From NCBI GenBank assembly GCA_029856155.1, contig JAHQWL010000052.1, forward strand, positions 1-64,000: DNA of 64,000 nucleotides. The letters are read 5' to 3'. The stretch's first letter is position 1. Each line of letters begins with the position of its first letter. Both the position numbers and the translations under genes were made by a program. The notes under the pieces are model-generated. The model was not told the DNA's origin, made no database searches, and was given only the letters and a program-made list of their open reading frames with translations. This DNA is from Promethearchaeia archaeon (GTDB lineage: Archaea; Asgardarchaeota; Lokiarchaeia; Sigyniarchaeales; SOKP01). Of this stretch, positions 20,558 to 31,126 are shown in pieces.

Positions 20558-22363
20558 TTATTTAGATATAATTTTCAATTTTCTTCCAATCAATATCAAA
20601 CTTATAGAAAAAGTTCCCAAGAACAGAAACAAGTTATATCCGGGAATTACTTCTGAAGGTATTACTTTTTTAAGTGTTATTTGTTGATATCCAATGTTTC
20701 CTGCTATATCTCTTGCGTAAAAAATAATGCCCACATCCCCTGTTGTTACCAAAACCCATTGATCTTGATCGATTGTACCAGTTAATCCCGTAAAAGTCAT
20801 TTTTGTTGTTCCACCATCTAAAATGTACCAAGTATCATTGAGATATTCCTCTATAATGGATACAGTGAAATTTGGAGCAACCTTTCCAAAAGTATCCCCG
20901 GTAAAATTTACTGTTATAACAGGATCATCCACATCCTTTATGATGTATAAACTTTTAGATATCATTTCTCCCGCAGAATTATTTGCATAGAATGTTAAGG
21001 AGTAGTTTCCAGTAGATAAAACACTCCATTGAGTTTGATTAATTGTACCACTAAATCCTGTAAATGATGTATTAATTCCGCTATTTAGCAAATACCATGT
21101 TGCATTTCGATACGGTTTTTCTGGATAAATTTGAAAATCTGGGGCAGTGGCACCATATCCTGCATTATTTACTGGTTTTGCTATTGTTAGATTTTCTGCC
21201 AAGGCTGCTGGAATGATATAATTTTCTATTAAATAATTAGGTGTATCTGACGCTAAGTTCAATAGTTCTGAAGTAAGAACTACTACGATATCGAGTTCTG
21301 GGATAATCGCTATTAGCTGTCCTAAAGCTCCTACTGCTGAATAATAATCTTCATGCAGCCAGAACAAGTATCCATATTCAGAACCCTCTCCTACACCTAT
21401 AGGAATAGAATGTGTCGTAGTTGCATTTTGGATCCATTCTGCTGAAACTACCTGCGTGCCATTCCAATTTCCATTATTTAAACACAACTCTCCAATGCGA
21501 GCCAACGCTCTCGGAGTCGCAAAAATTCCAAAACCTCCATGGGAAATAGTTGTCAAGGATCCCGAACCCCACTCCCAGGTATCCTCTATCCATTCCATAT
21601 CATTTTCATCTATTCCAATCGGTTCAAATAAATATTGCTGAGCATAATCTGCTAATTTTACACCTGTCTTGTTTTGTAATATTGCCGCCAGAAGTTCCGT
21701 GTTTCCCGTCGAATATTCGAATGTCGTGCTAGGTTCATGTACTAATGATTTATTAAGAATATAATCGAGACTATACCCTGTTTCAGGCCATATTTCAAAA
21801 GCATCAACAACTTCACTCCAATTAAGCCCTGATCTCATTGTGAGTAGATCCTCAATAGATATATTCTTCTTCGTTTCGTTGAGATAACTTGGTTTCCACT
21901 TATCTGGGAAGATGTCAAAGAATTTTTGTGAAACATTATTCAAATCTCCTCTCTCAATGGCAATGCCAACTAGCAAAGATGTGACCGATTTAGTCATACT
22001 CCAAATGTGATGTCTACTTTCATGAATTTGGTCCAAGATGAAATCGTCAGCCGGATTATAATAAAAATTATCTCCCGTACGCTGACATAAATATAAATAT
22101 TCATCGTGTATTATGTATCCATCTCGGGAAATCAATATGCTTTGAATATATTGCCCGTCGCCAAAAATGTAATTATACATTTCCTCTATGGTACCTGAGT
22201 CCAAACCTCTTGCTTCGAGAGTTTCAACTATCCAAGAATTGTCATCTTCTGCAAAATAATATTCTTCGTCAGCCAACACTATTTTTTGAGGTAGAAAACT
22301 AATGGTTATGATTGCAATAATAACTAAGTTTCCAATTTTAATTAAATTCCGTTTTTTTGTCAA
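20558..22363 (-). CDS. Secreted beta-lactamase/PBP-family serine hydrolase with Ig-like repeats and IPGY (Loki-CTERM-type) anchor
   Basis: Signal peptide, SMTK (SxxK), LLTMRSGL, YST, YGYLFW, two Ig-like repeats, IPGY + TM + basic tail. Confidence 0.9.
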   Translation of the reverse strand: MTKKRNLIKIGNLVIIAIITISFLPQKIVLADEEYYFAEDDNSWIVETLEARGLDSGTIEEMYNYIFGDGQYIQSILISRDGYIIHDEYLYLCQRTGDNFYYNPADDFILDQIHESRHHIWSMTKSVTSLLVGIAIERGDLNNVSQKFFDIFPDKWKPSYLNETKKNISIEDLLTMRSGLNWSEVVDAFEIWPETGYSLDYILNKSLVHEPSTTFEYSTGNTELLAAILQNKTGVKLADYAQQYLFEPIGIDENDMEWIEDTWEWGSGSLTTISHGGFGIFATPRALARIGELCLNNGNWNGTQVVSAEWIQNATTTHSIPIGVGEGSEYGYLFWLHEDYYSAVGALGQLIAIIPELDIVVVLTSELLNLASDTPNYLIENYIIPAALAENLTIAKPVNNAGYGATAPDFQIYPEKPYRNATWYLLNSGINTSFTGFSGTINQTQWSVLSTGNYSLTFYANNSAGEMISKSLYIIKDVDDPVITVNFTGDTFGKVAPNFTVSIIEEYLNDTWYILDGGTTKMTFTGLTGTIDQDQWVLVTTGDVGIIFYARDIAGNIGYQQITLKKVIPSEVIPGYNLFLFLGTFSISLILIGRKLKIISK

Positions 22364-22583
22364 TTAAATTCACTCAAATTTGCTGTTTTTGATAATAACA
22401 TTTTTCAAGAAAAAATTAGTTTTCAATATTGAGTTACTATTCTTTGCTTTTTAAAATTTATCAATTAAAATGAATTAAATTAAAGTTTCAAAAAGTTTTC
22501 TTTTTGAAATAAATTTATAGCATTCTAATTTTTGTTACTTAATTCAAGAATTTAAAATAAAATTAAAATTTGATAAATACTCA

Positions 22584-23867
22584 ATGAATCTAAAATATAG
22601 ATTTATCGGCAGAATTAAAGAATTATTAGAGCAAAAAATAGTTAGATATGCCCTAATTCTCCATAGTTTTTATTTCATACTTTCGATTATTTTATTTTTC
22701 ATGGTATATCAAAAACAAAATGATTTCATTATTTTTTATCGTGTAGGAAAGATATTTCTTAATGATATTGAAAATCTTTACAATCAAACATATTACTTAT
22801 GGGATTTTAGATATTTTCCATTATCTGCTCTATTTTTTATTCCATTTTCCTTCTTCAATTTTCAATTTGCATTTGTAATTTTTAATATTTTTAATTTATT
22901 TCTTAACTTTTTAATATGTATTCTTCTCTATAAAATAATTTTTTTAGTCAAGAATGAAGATCATGAAAGAAATGATAGAAGAGTTATTTTATATATATGT
23001 ATTTATTTAATGGGTTTACCTCATGTGCTGAATTATATTTATGGGCAAATTAATTTATATATTACTTTTTTTATCTTACTGTCTCTTTACATTTTTCTTA
23101 AATTCTCAGATTTTAAGTGGCAATTATTAGGTGGTATTATTCTAGGATTAAGCATCATCATAAAACCCACTGCATTTTTCTTAATACCATTTTTAATCAT
23201 GATGAATTTTGATTTAGAGGTTAAAAAGATAAAATTTGATTTTTTGAGGAGTTTAATTCGGTTAATAGGTGTTTTTACTCCTATTTTGTTGAATATCATA
23301 CTCTTTTTATTATATCCATCTCTATGGGCAGGTTTTTTGGATACGAACTTTACAGGAAGCAATCCAATAGCGCTAAATTTTTCTTTCAGTATCACTAAGC
23401 TTATTACTAATTTCTGCTATTTTTATAATATTCCTTTTAATCAACTTTTCATTTTAATTGGAGTTATGGTGATTTTGGGAGGTTCAGGTTTTATGATATT
23501 CATACTACGAAGATTTGAAGAAAATTCTATTATATATGGTTATTTTTTTGGGATTATCATAATGTTACTCACATATTTTGACTCTTGGGACCATCATCTG
23601 CTCAATTTGACACCGATTTTAATTATCATTATTTTTAATCTACCTCGACACTCTAAAACTACAGAACCTATTAAATTGAGTTTATTTTTCTTTATTTTCT
23701 TTGATCTCGCTTTTGTGGGTATTTGGTATCTTACTTATCCATTATTTCCTTATAATTTTGAATCTACTTTCTTTCTTATTTTATCTTTCTATACGATTGG
23801 TAAATATTGTATAACAAAACAAGGAAAGAAAGAATATGAGGTCAAAAAAATTGAGATAGATTCTTAA
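22584..23867 (+). CDS. GT-C fold glycosyltransferase, GT87-like (paralog 1)
   Basis: QNDF..FY, FRYFP, GQINL, IKP, DSWDHH; multi-TM. Confidence 0.82.
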   Translation: MNLKYRFIGRIKELLEQKIVRYALILHSFYFILSIILFFMVYQKQNDFIIFYRVGKIFLNDIENLYNQTYYLWDFRYFPLSALFFIPFSFFNFQFAFVIFNIFNLFLNFLICILLYKIIFLVKNEDHERNDRRVILYICIYLMGLPHVLNYIYGQINLYITFFILLSLYIFLKFSDFKWQLLGGIILGLSIIIKPTAFFLIPFLIMMNFDLEVKKIKFDFLRSLIRLIGVFTPILLNIILFLLYPSLWAGFLDTNFTGSNPIALNFSFSITKLITNFCYFYNIPFNQLFILIGVMVILGGSGFMIFILRRFEENSIIYGYFFGIIIMLLTYFDSWDHHLLNLTPILIIIIFNLPRHSKTTEPIKLSLFFFIFFDLAFVGIWYLTYPLFPYNFESTFFLILSFYTIGKYCITKQGKKEYEVKKIEIDS

Positions 23868-23888
23868 TTACACTGTAGTTAGTAGACA

Positions 23889-25157
23889 ATGAATTTAAAC
23901 ATGTATTGTGCAAGAATAAATAATAGGTTTAGAGAATTATGGGAATACAAAATATTTCGAATTGCCATAATATGGCATTTAATTTACTTCTTACTATCGA
24001 TAGTTTTAACACTGAATTTCTTCAGATATCAAACTGATTTTCGAGTTTATTTTATGGCAGGCGAAGTTTTTCTTCATAATATCAACGATCTTTACACATT
24101 TGACTTTACTTGCCCATTTAGATATTTACCAATTTCAGCAGCTTTATTCGTACCTTTTTTTTTGATGGGTTTTGATTTGGGATTTATAATTTTTAATATA
24201 TTTAATCTGATATTGAATATTTTCATCTGCTTAGTTCTTTATAAAATCATTATTCTTATTAGAAAAGAAGATCATGAGAAAGATAATAAAAAAGTTATAT
24301 TCTACATATGTATTTTCTTAATGGGATTGCCTCAACTTTATAATTATATTTTAGGGCAAATTAATTTATATGTTACTTTTTTACTTTTAGTCTCTCTTTA
24401 TATATTTTTAATACATAAATCCCTCAAATGGGATTTATTTTCTAGTTTTATTTTAGGAATAAGCATAATTATAAAACCTTCATTATTTTTATTAATTCCA
24501 TTCTTACTTGTTTTTCAAATCGATTTTAAAAAAAGTAAGATTAATTTTGATTTTTTCAGAAGTTTAATAAGGATAACCGGAGTCTTAGCTCCTACTTTTT
24601 TTAATATTATCTTCTTTTTCTTGTATCCGCCTTTATTGGAAGGTTTTTTAGATACCAATCTTACAGGAGATAATCCTATTGCTCAAAGTTTTTCTTTTAG
24701 TATATCTCAATTAATTATAAATTTCTATTATTTTTACAACATACCATTTAATCAAATTTTTATTTTAGTAGGAGTTATAGGTATCATAGGAGGTTTTGGA
24801 TTTTTAATTTTCATATTCAGGAGATTTGAAGATAATTCTATAATATTTAGCTACGTAATAGGAATTCTTATCATGCTACTCGCATATTTTGATTCTTGGG
24901 ATCACCATTTACTCAACCTTATACCCATTTTGATTATAATTATATTTAATTTGCCAAAACACTCAAAAAATAAGAGTAGCATAATTTACAGTTTATTTTT
25001 CTTTAGTTTTTTTAGTCTTATGTTTTCAGGTATTTGGATGATTACCTTTCAAGTATTTCCATATAATTTTATACCTACACTCTTTTTGTTTATTGTGTTC
25101 TATGGAATAAGTAAATATTGGTTGCTTAAAGAAAAACAAATAGACATGGAGAGTTAA
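23889..25157 (+). CDS. GT-C fold glycosyltransferase, GT87-like (paralog 2)
   Basis: QTDFRVY, FRYLP, GQINL, IKP, DSWDHH. Confidence 0.82.
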   Translation: MNLNMYCARINNRFRELWEYKIFRIAIIWHLIYFLLSIVLTLNFFRYQTDFRVYFMAGEVFLHNINDLYTFDFTCPFRYLPISAALFVPFFLMGFDLGFIIFNIFNLILNIFICLVLYKIIILIRKEDHEKDNKKVIFYICIFLMGLPQLYNYILGQINLYVTFLLLVSLYIFLIHKSLKWDLFSSFILGISIIIKPSLFLLIPFLLVFQIDFKKSKINFDFFRSLIRITGVLAPTFFNIIFFFLYPPLLEGFLDTNLTGDNPIAQSFSFSISQLIINFYYFYNIPFNQIFILVGVIGIIGGFGFLIFIFRRFEDNSIIFSYVIGILIMLLAYFDSWDHHLLNLIPILIIIIFNLPKHSKNKSSIIYSLFFFSFFSLMFSGIWMITFQVFPYNFIPTLFLFIVFYGISKYWLLKEKQIDMES

Positions 25158-25161
25158 AAAA

Positions 25162-25908
25162 TTGAGGTTTAAATTTATTTTGTTAAATTTCATGTTTCTT
25201 TTCTTATTTTTAAGCAGTTTTGCATCAAATGTGAATGCTTCAGAATATCAAACTGGAGTAAAGAGTGGTCAGGAGTTAGTATGGAAATGTAATGCATGCA
25301 ATAAAATAGAGATGGCTAATATTTTTGGCCCAGAATGGGATGATTCAGGTATTTTTAAAAATTTAAGCAAAGGAACAAGGATGAAATGGAATATAAGTGC
25401 TGTAGAATTTAATGAAACACATATAATAATCAATTTTGATACTTGGGAGTGGACAAGTGAAAATAAATGGGATATAAAAGATAATGATTTTCAAATGACT
25501 TACTTATCCAATCCAAATGACTCTCAAGAAGTAAATTTTTCAAATGATTTACCTTTCGTACCATTTTGGTTTCCTATTCCTGTGGGAGATTATATGGGAG
25601 AATTAAGTCTAAATGAATGGTATGATGTTGACAATAGAGTTTTGCCTACTTTAAATGTAGATATTAAAGAAAATGAAATTTCACCCGGAGTTCCTTCAAA
25701 GGATATTAAAATCATCGTAATCTATAATGATCAAGGAATTCTAAATTCTTATAAATTCTATATTAAGGGAAATATAGTTATTTTAGATATTGCTTTTGAT
25801 TTTTTACCTGTTTACGTAATACCTACATTAATTGGATTATTATGCGTTTTCACTCTCAGTATACTATTATTTGTGTTTAAAAAAAGAAAACCTGTTAACA
25901 GAATATGA
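25162..25908 (+). CDS. Secreted, C-terminally anchored cell-surface protein
   Basis: Signal peptide, many N-x-S/T sequons, C-terminal TM + KKRK. Confidence 0.8.
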   Translation: MRFKFILLNFMFLFLFLSSFASNVNASEYQTGVKSGQELVWKCNACNKIEMANIFGPEWDDSGIFKNLSKGTRMKWNISAVEFNETHIIINFDTWEWTSENKWDIKDNDFQMTYLSNPNDSQEVNFSNDLPFVPFWFPIPVGDYMGELSLNEWYDVDNRVLPTLNVDIKENEISPGVPSKDIKIIVIYNDQGILNSYKFYIKGNIVILDIAFDFLPVYVIPTLIGLLCVFTLSILLFVFKKRKPVNRI

Positions 25909-25915
25909 TTTAAAT

Positions 25916-27205
25916 ATGGAAATCGAGAAATTTTTTAATAATATAAAAGAGCAGTTCAAGAAGCTCTGGAAGTTTAAAATATTTAGATATGCAGTTATTC
26001 TGCACGGCATATATTTCATAGTTTCTCTAATTCTAACTTTAACTGTTTTTAGAAACCAAAATGATTTCTTAGTGTATTACAAAGTTGGAGATGTGTTTAT
26101 CAATGATATTAATAACCTTTACACTGCAGATTATAATTGGCCTTTCAGATATTTTCCAATTTCCGCACTCTTCTTTGTTCCTTATTATCTATTAGGTTTC
26201 AATTTAGGATTTATTGTTTTTAATATCATTAATCTAATTCTCAACATCTTAATTTGTATACTTCTATATAAAATAATTCTTATAGTAAAAGGAGTAAATC
26301 ACGAATCAGAAGATAATCGAGTTATATTTTATCTTTGTTTGTATCTTATGAGCTTACCACAAGTTTTTAATTACATTTTAGGCCAAATTAACTTATACAT
26401 TACCTTATTATTATTAATTTCACTTTATTTTTTTCTTAAACATACTACTTTAAAATGGAATTTTTTTGCTAGCCTTATTTTAGGAATCAGTGTTATTATT
26501 AAACCAATAACTTTATTCTTAATCCCATTTATTATAGTTATTAATTTTAATTTGGGTAAAAAAAAATTTGAAATTCAATATCTCAAATCAATAATTCGTT
26601 TAGTTGGCTTCTTGATACCAGTATCGTTAAATATTTTCATTTTTTTAATAAATCCCGAATTATTAAACGGATTTTTGAATGTAAATCTTACTGGGGAAGA
26701 TACTATTCTTATAAATCATTCATTTAGTATAACCAAACTTGTCCAAAACTTCCTTATAGCTATAGGTTTTTCACAATCACAATTATTAACCTTGCAATTA
26801 CCTATATTTATAACTACACTTATCATTTTCGGGGGATTAGGATTTATTTTCTATTTAATTAGAAGATTTGATAATTATTCTTTAATATATGGATATACAT
26901 TTGGTATTCTAATTATGCTTCTCGGATATTTCGATTCTTGGGACCACCATCTGTTAATTTTAACACCACTTTTGATAATTATTATATTTAATGTACCCCG
27001 AAACTCGAGTTTAACAAAAAAATTTGTGAAACCTACTTTTTTCTTTTTGAGTTTTTTTGATTTAGTATTTATGGGAATATGGTTCCTTTCACAGGAATTC
27101 TTTCCCTTTAATTTTGCAAGTACTATCTTTCTATTACTATTATTTTATGCCATGAGTAAATATTGTCTAATAAAAGATCTACAATTCAATAACAATAAAT
27201 TCTAA
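25916..27205 (+). CDS. GT-C fold glycosyltransferase, GT87-like (paralog 3)
   Basis: QNDFLVYY, FRYFP, GQINL, IKP, DSWDHH; ATG 25916 matches paralog length. Confidence 0.82.
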   Translation: MEIEKFFNNIKEQFKKLWKFKIFRYAVILHGIYFIVSLILTLTVFRNQNDFLVYYKVGDVFINDINNLYTADYNWPFRYFPISALFFVPYYLLGFNLGFIVFNIINLILNILICILLYKIILIVKGVNHESEDNRVIFYLCLYLMSLPQVFNYILGQINLYITLLLLISLYFFLKHTTLKWNFFASLILGISVIIKPITLFLIPFIIVINFNLGKKKFEIQYLKSIIRLVGFLIPVSLNIFIFLINPELLNGFLNVNLTGEDTILINHSFSITKLVQNFLIAIGFSQSQLLTLQLPIFITTLIIFGGLGFIFYLIRRFDNYSLIYGYTFGILIMLLGYFDSWDHHLLILTPLLIIIIFNVPRNSSLTKKFVKPTFFFLSFFDLVFMGIWFLSQEFFPFNFASTIFLLLLFYAMSKYCLIKDLQFNNNKF

Positions 27206-27279
27206 ATATGATCATTAAAAATATATAAACAGATAAGAAAATCCCATTAATAGAGGACACATTAGAATTAAAAGCTATT

Positions 27280-28008
27280 ATGTTAGAATTTTACCCACCT
27301 CCATTATTATTAATATTTGCTCCAGCGTTCCTTTTAGGAATCCTGCACACGCTAATTCCTTGTGAAGACAAAGCAATATTCTTTTTTTGGTCATTTGGAA
27401 TATCTAAAACACCACAAAAGAGTGTGTTTATCTTAATACTTTATGGATTGGGATTGATGTCTTCGAATTTATTAATTGCCACAGGTACAATAATGATTAG
27501 TTTTATTCCCCGGATCTTAATCCCAGGGATTATTCCCGATTCTTTTACCGTTAATTTCTTCGGAGCTGTAAGTTCTATGTTTGCGGGATTTATACTATTG
27601 TTTTTCATAACCAGAAAAGATTATTTCCCCCATTCAAAACACAAGGATGAAATTTTTCAATTTAACTGGGAAAAGAAGAAAACACCATATCTTTTTGGGA
27701 TTGTTGCAGGATTTGCTCCTTGTATCTTTGAAGTTTTCATATATTCTCAATGCTTAACATATTCATTAGGTGGCGGGTTTGGTTTTCTTGATGGTATTTT
27801 TACTGTATTTTATTTTTCATTAGGGACGTTTATCGGTTTATTTCCCCTAGCACTTGCAAAACATGGAACATCTCAAATTATCAAATCTGATAAATCTAAA
27901 AAGAATTTGATATTAATAGTGATGATCCTAATAATAATCGCGTTTAATACCGTAGTAATGATATTGTCTTTTTTAAAAATTCGTGTGTTCCCAGCAGTAT
28001 CTTTTTAA
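27280..28008 (+). CDS. UreH/DsbD_2-like (Ni/Co transporter-related) membrane protein
   Basis: AFLLGILHTLIPCED, GFAPC, FSLGT. Confidence 0.65.
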   Translation: MLEFYPPPLLLIFAPAFLLGILHTLIPCEDKAIFFFWSFGISKTPQKSVFILILYGLGLMSSNLLIATGTIMISFIPRILIPGIIPDSFTVNFFGAVSSMFAGFILLFFITRKDYFPHSKHKDEIFQFNWEKKKTPYLFGIVAGFAPCIFEVFIYSQCLTYSLGGGFGFLDGIFTVFYFSLGTFIGLFPLALAKHGTSQIIKSDKSKKNLILIVMILIIIAFNTVVMILSFLKIRVFPAVSF

Positions 28009-28168
28009 AGAAATTTTAGAATGGTTAAGAGAATGCAATAAAAAATTTAAAAACCTATAGAAAATTCCATTGAAATTAAAACAATAAAATTGGTCCCCCA
28101 ATAAAATATTAAGTTAGTATTTTTTCTAATATAATATAGACTCTAAAATTATAATTGTATTTCATACT

Positions 28169-30541
28169 ATGAAATGTTTATTCTGTGAAAACCAAAAAAT
28201 CGATTTTACATGTGAAAAATGCAAATCAAGTTTCTGTATTAATCATATAGCTACAACTGAAACACATGAGTGTAAAAAACATAATTTATTTTACTCAAAA
28301 GTTAAAGCAGTTGAAAGAAATTTTAAATGTACAGTTGTAGAAAATAGTGAGTGTCCCATATGTAAACACCTGTTAAGATTAGAAAGATTGTCATCTGGAC
28401 AGTATTATTTAGAGTGTACTAATCCCAATTGCCCTGAGTCATGGAATTCATACTTAAAAACACCCGGATTATTTTTTCCTTCAAAAGAAAAGCTTGCTCG
28501 CGAAGCGATAAGATATAACCTTATCAAAGGAAATAGATTAACATTATGTAGTAAAAGATTGCGATCTATAATAGGAAAGGAAGTTTGTCCTAATTGTTTT
28601 TTAAACTTATTAAAACGAGCTCCACTTAGTAATTTTTCCACAATAATGAATTCTTTCAATATTTCTGCTGAGCAAATGATCAAATTTATTAATAAATATA
28701 TGGATGAAGAACGAATTTATGGCATTATTGATCAAAAAAATCAGATGTTTTACTATATATCTTCAGAAATGCGTGAGAAAATACTTGCGAAATTCCATGA
28801 TGAAGGTATAATTAACGTGGCTGATTTAGGAATAATGCTTGATATGAGTTCTGAAATTGCCACAAAGGTGATTTACAAGTTAATTAACCAATTTCAGATA
28901 AAAGGTTCATTCACATTAAATAAAGAGATCTATTACACTCAAAAATACATAATGGACAATCTTATCAAAGAAATTAATAAGAATGGTAGAGTATCCTTAA
29001 AAGACCTTGCTAATAATTTTAATATTCCAAAAGAACTTATTAAATCATTTTGTGTCAATTTAATGAGAGCAAAAGCAGTAAATGGATTTTTCGCAGATCG
29101 AGGATATGAAATTATTACTGCAAATCAAATTTATACTGATATTAAAGATTATTCTAAAGAAACAGGGTTATTTGAACTTTCTAAACTTGCTTCAAAATTA
29201 AAAATAGCTGTAGAGTTAGCAAGAAAAAGTCTTCACGAGTTAATTAAAACTGGTAAAATCAAGGGGATATTTACTCAAAGAAGAGAATTCATGACTAACA
29301 AGCATTTAGAAAAAAAAATAAAGGAAATCGCTAGAGCTTATAGAACTATGCCTTTAAGAGAGCTTTCAAATAGATTAGGAGTTACAGAAGCAAGTATAGA
29401 AGAGAATTTAGCACAGATTATTTCACGCGGTGACATTGATGGTTATATTGACATGGCAAAAAGAACATTTGTAGCTTATTCTGTCCCAATTGAATCAAAA
29501 TCTCAAGATATACCAAAAACACCTAAAGTACCTACTGATGGAGGAAATGTTGAAGTAGTTCGTGAATATGATTTTATCGGAGGGCAATTACATATGAAAG
29601 TAGTTGTACGGAATAAAAGTACTATGGCGATCAATTCAGTAAAAGTCATTTTAGATGTTCCTTCTAGCTATAAAACTAAAGATCCTCTCATTAATATCCC
29701 ATTTATTGAAGCAAAGAATTCTAGAGGTGTTGATTTCTATTTAGAACCAAAAGAATGTGGAATCTCGAATATTGGTGGTGATGTTATCTACAAAACAGCC
29801 TCAGGGGATAAAAATACTGTACACATTCGAAAAAAAGAGGTCCAAATAAAATGTCCATTAGTTGTGTCGTGTTTAGCAACGATCGAGGATATTCAAATAG
29901 CCATCGCAGATCTTCCGAATGACGCTCGAGCTTTTTTAATTGCTGATATAGATCCACGTTTAGCTTTTCGAGCAGGTGTCAGGACAATAAAACGTTTTGA
30001 AGTAAGTACTGTAACCTCTCATGAAGGTAATGATACTAAAGGAAAATATGAGGCAGAGAGTTGGCATTGTTCCGAAGCGAAGGTAGGGGGGGGTAGAATT
30101 ATTACAAGAGTCTACGTATCTGAGGCTAATCAGTCATTAGAGGTTAGAGTTTGGTGTAACCATCCAGGACAGCTAACAGGCTTTCTTGCAAAGATAATTG
30201 AGTTATTGTTTGAAGAAATCAATATAATAAGGAAGATCAAATCGGATGAAAGAGAAAAAACTATTGATGTAATGGCGATAACTCAAAATTTAGCAGAAAT
30301 CTCTGATTATTGTATGTTAAGATGGAAAGCTCAAAACATTAGAACTAAGCTCCATGATACTTTTGTCCGCGTAAGAAAGATTTTAGGAGAAAATGAAGCT
30401 ATTTTAGGGAGAATGGAATACTGGCTTACGGAATTGAACAAATTTGGTAAAGACGATAAAATAACTGATGAATTAGCAGATAAGTTAGTAAATGATATCG
30501 AAAATTTTAGGAATGTTATCGCAAGATCGATTAAATTGTAA
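28169..30541 (+). CDS. Multidomain protein: Zn fingers + tandem winged-helix/PCI repeats + Ig-like/platform (adaptin-ear-like) domain
   Basis: CxxC clusters; repeated (G)xxxLxxLAxxxxI...G-x-F/I units; PCI-like YRTMPLRELSNRLGV...IDGYID; beta-sandwich VVVRNKS...VDFYLEP. Confidence 0.7.
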   Translation: MKCLFCENQKIDFTCEKCKSSFCINHIATTETHECKKHNLFYSKVKAVERNFKCTVVENSECPICKHLLRLERLSSGQYYLECTNPNCPESWNSYLKTPGLFFPSKEKLAREAIRYNLIKGNRLTLCSKRLRSIIGKEVCPNCFLNLLKRAPLSNFSTIMNSFNISAEQMIKFINKYMDEERIYGIIDQKNQMFYYISSEMREKILAKFHDEGIINVADLGIMLDMSSEIATKVIYKLINQFQIKGSFTLNKEIYYTQKYIMDNLIKEINKNGRVSLKDLANNFNIPKELIKSFCVNLMRAKAVNGFFADRGYEIITANQIYTDIKDYSKETGLFELSKLASKLKIAVELARKSLHELIKTGKIKGIFTQRREFMTNKHLEKKIKEIARAYRTMPLRELSNRLGVTEASIEENLAQIISRGDIDGYIDMAKRTFVAYSVPIESKSQDIPKTPKVPTDGGNVEVVREYDFIGGQLHMKVVVRNKSTMAINSVKVILDVPSSYKTKDPLINIPFIEAKNSRGVDFYLEPKECGISNIGGDVIYKTASGDKNTVHIRKKEVQIKCPLVVSCLATIEDIQIAIADLPNDARAFLIADIDPRLAFRAGVRTIKRFEVSTVTSHEGNDTKGKYEAESWHCSEAKVGGGRIITRVYVSEANQSLEVRVWCNHPGQLTGFLAKIIELLFEEINIIRKIKSDEREKTIDVMAITQNLAEISDYCMLRWKAQNIRTKLHDTFVRVRKILGENEAILGRMEYWLTELNKFGKDDKITDELADKLVNDIENFRNVIARSIKL

Positions 30542-30626
30542 GCCTATTTTTTATCAAAAAAGATTTATTAAGTTATATATCTATATTTTATATTAAAAAA
30601 CTGTATTGAAGAGAAGAGAAAAACTC

Positions 30627-31046
30627 ATGTCCCCAATAATGTCTGTGTCGCTCAATGAGAATCTTAAAAAATTTATTAATAAACTTGTTAATAAAAATCA
30701 ATATGAAAATAAATCTAAATTAATTAGAGATGCTTTATTACGTTTAATGTCATCAGAAGAGATCTCCGCCAGTCTTGATGGATCAAGTGAGCTAATACCG
30801 TTAACAAAAAACATAATTGGAAATATGATTATTGTTGCTCCTAATGATTATTATGTTCAGAAGAAATTGAATAGAATTGAAAGTGAATATAAAGAGCAAA
30901 TTGTAAGTAAAAACCAAAATTTTATCAATCCACATTTTATAACTTTCATGGTGTTTGATGGAAGTCTTCATGATTTCCAAAAACTTGTTGTTGAAATAAA
31001 CAGTATTGAAGAAATAAAGAATTTCAGGTATTTAATTATAAATTAA
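30627..31046 (+). CDS. Ribbon-helix-helix regulator, NikR-like architecture
   Basis: IMSVSL...YENKSKLIRDAL plus ACT-like C-terminal domain. Confidence 0.8.
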   Translation: MSPIMSVSLNENLKKFINKLVNKNQYENKSKLIRDALLRLMSSEEISASLDGSSELIPLTKNIIGNMIIVAPNDYYVQKKLNRIESEYKEQIVSKNQNFINPHFITFMVFDGSLHDFQKLVVEINSIEEIKNFRYLIIN

Positions 31047-31126
31047 GTACTAGTTATCTTTACGAGATAACAAAATTTATTCTATGAAAACATTGTATTA
31101 GATTATTCGACTTTAGTGAAAGTATT

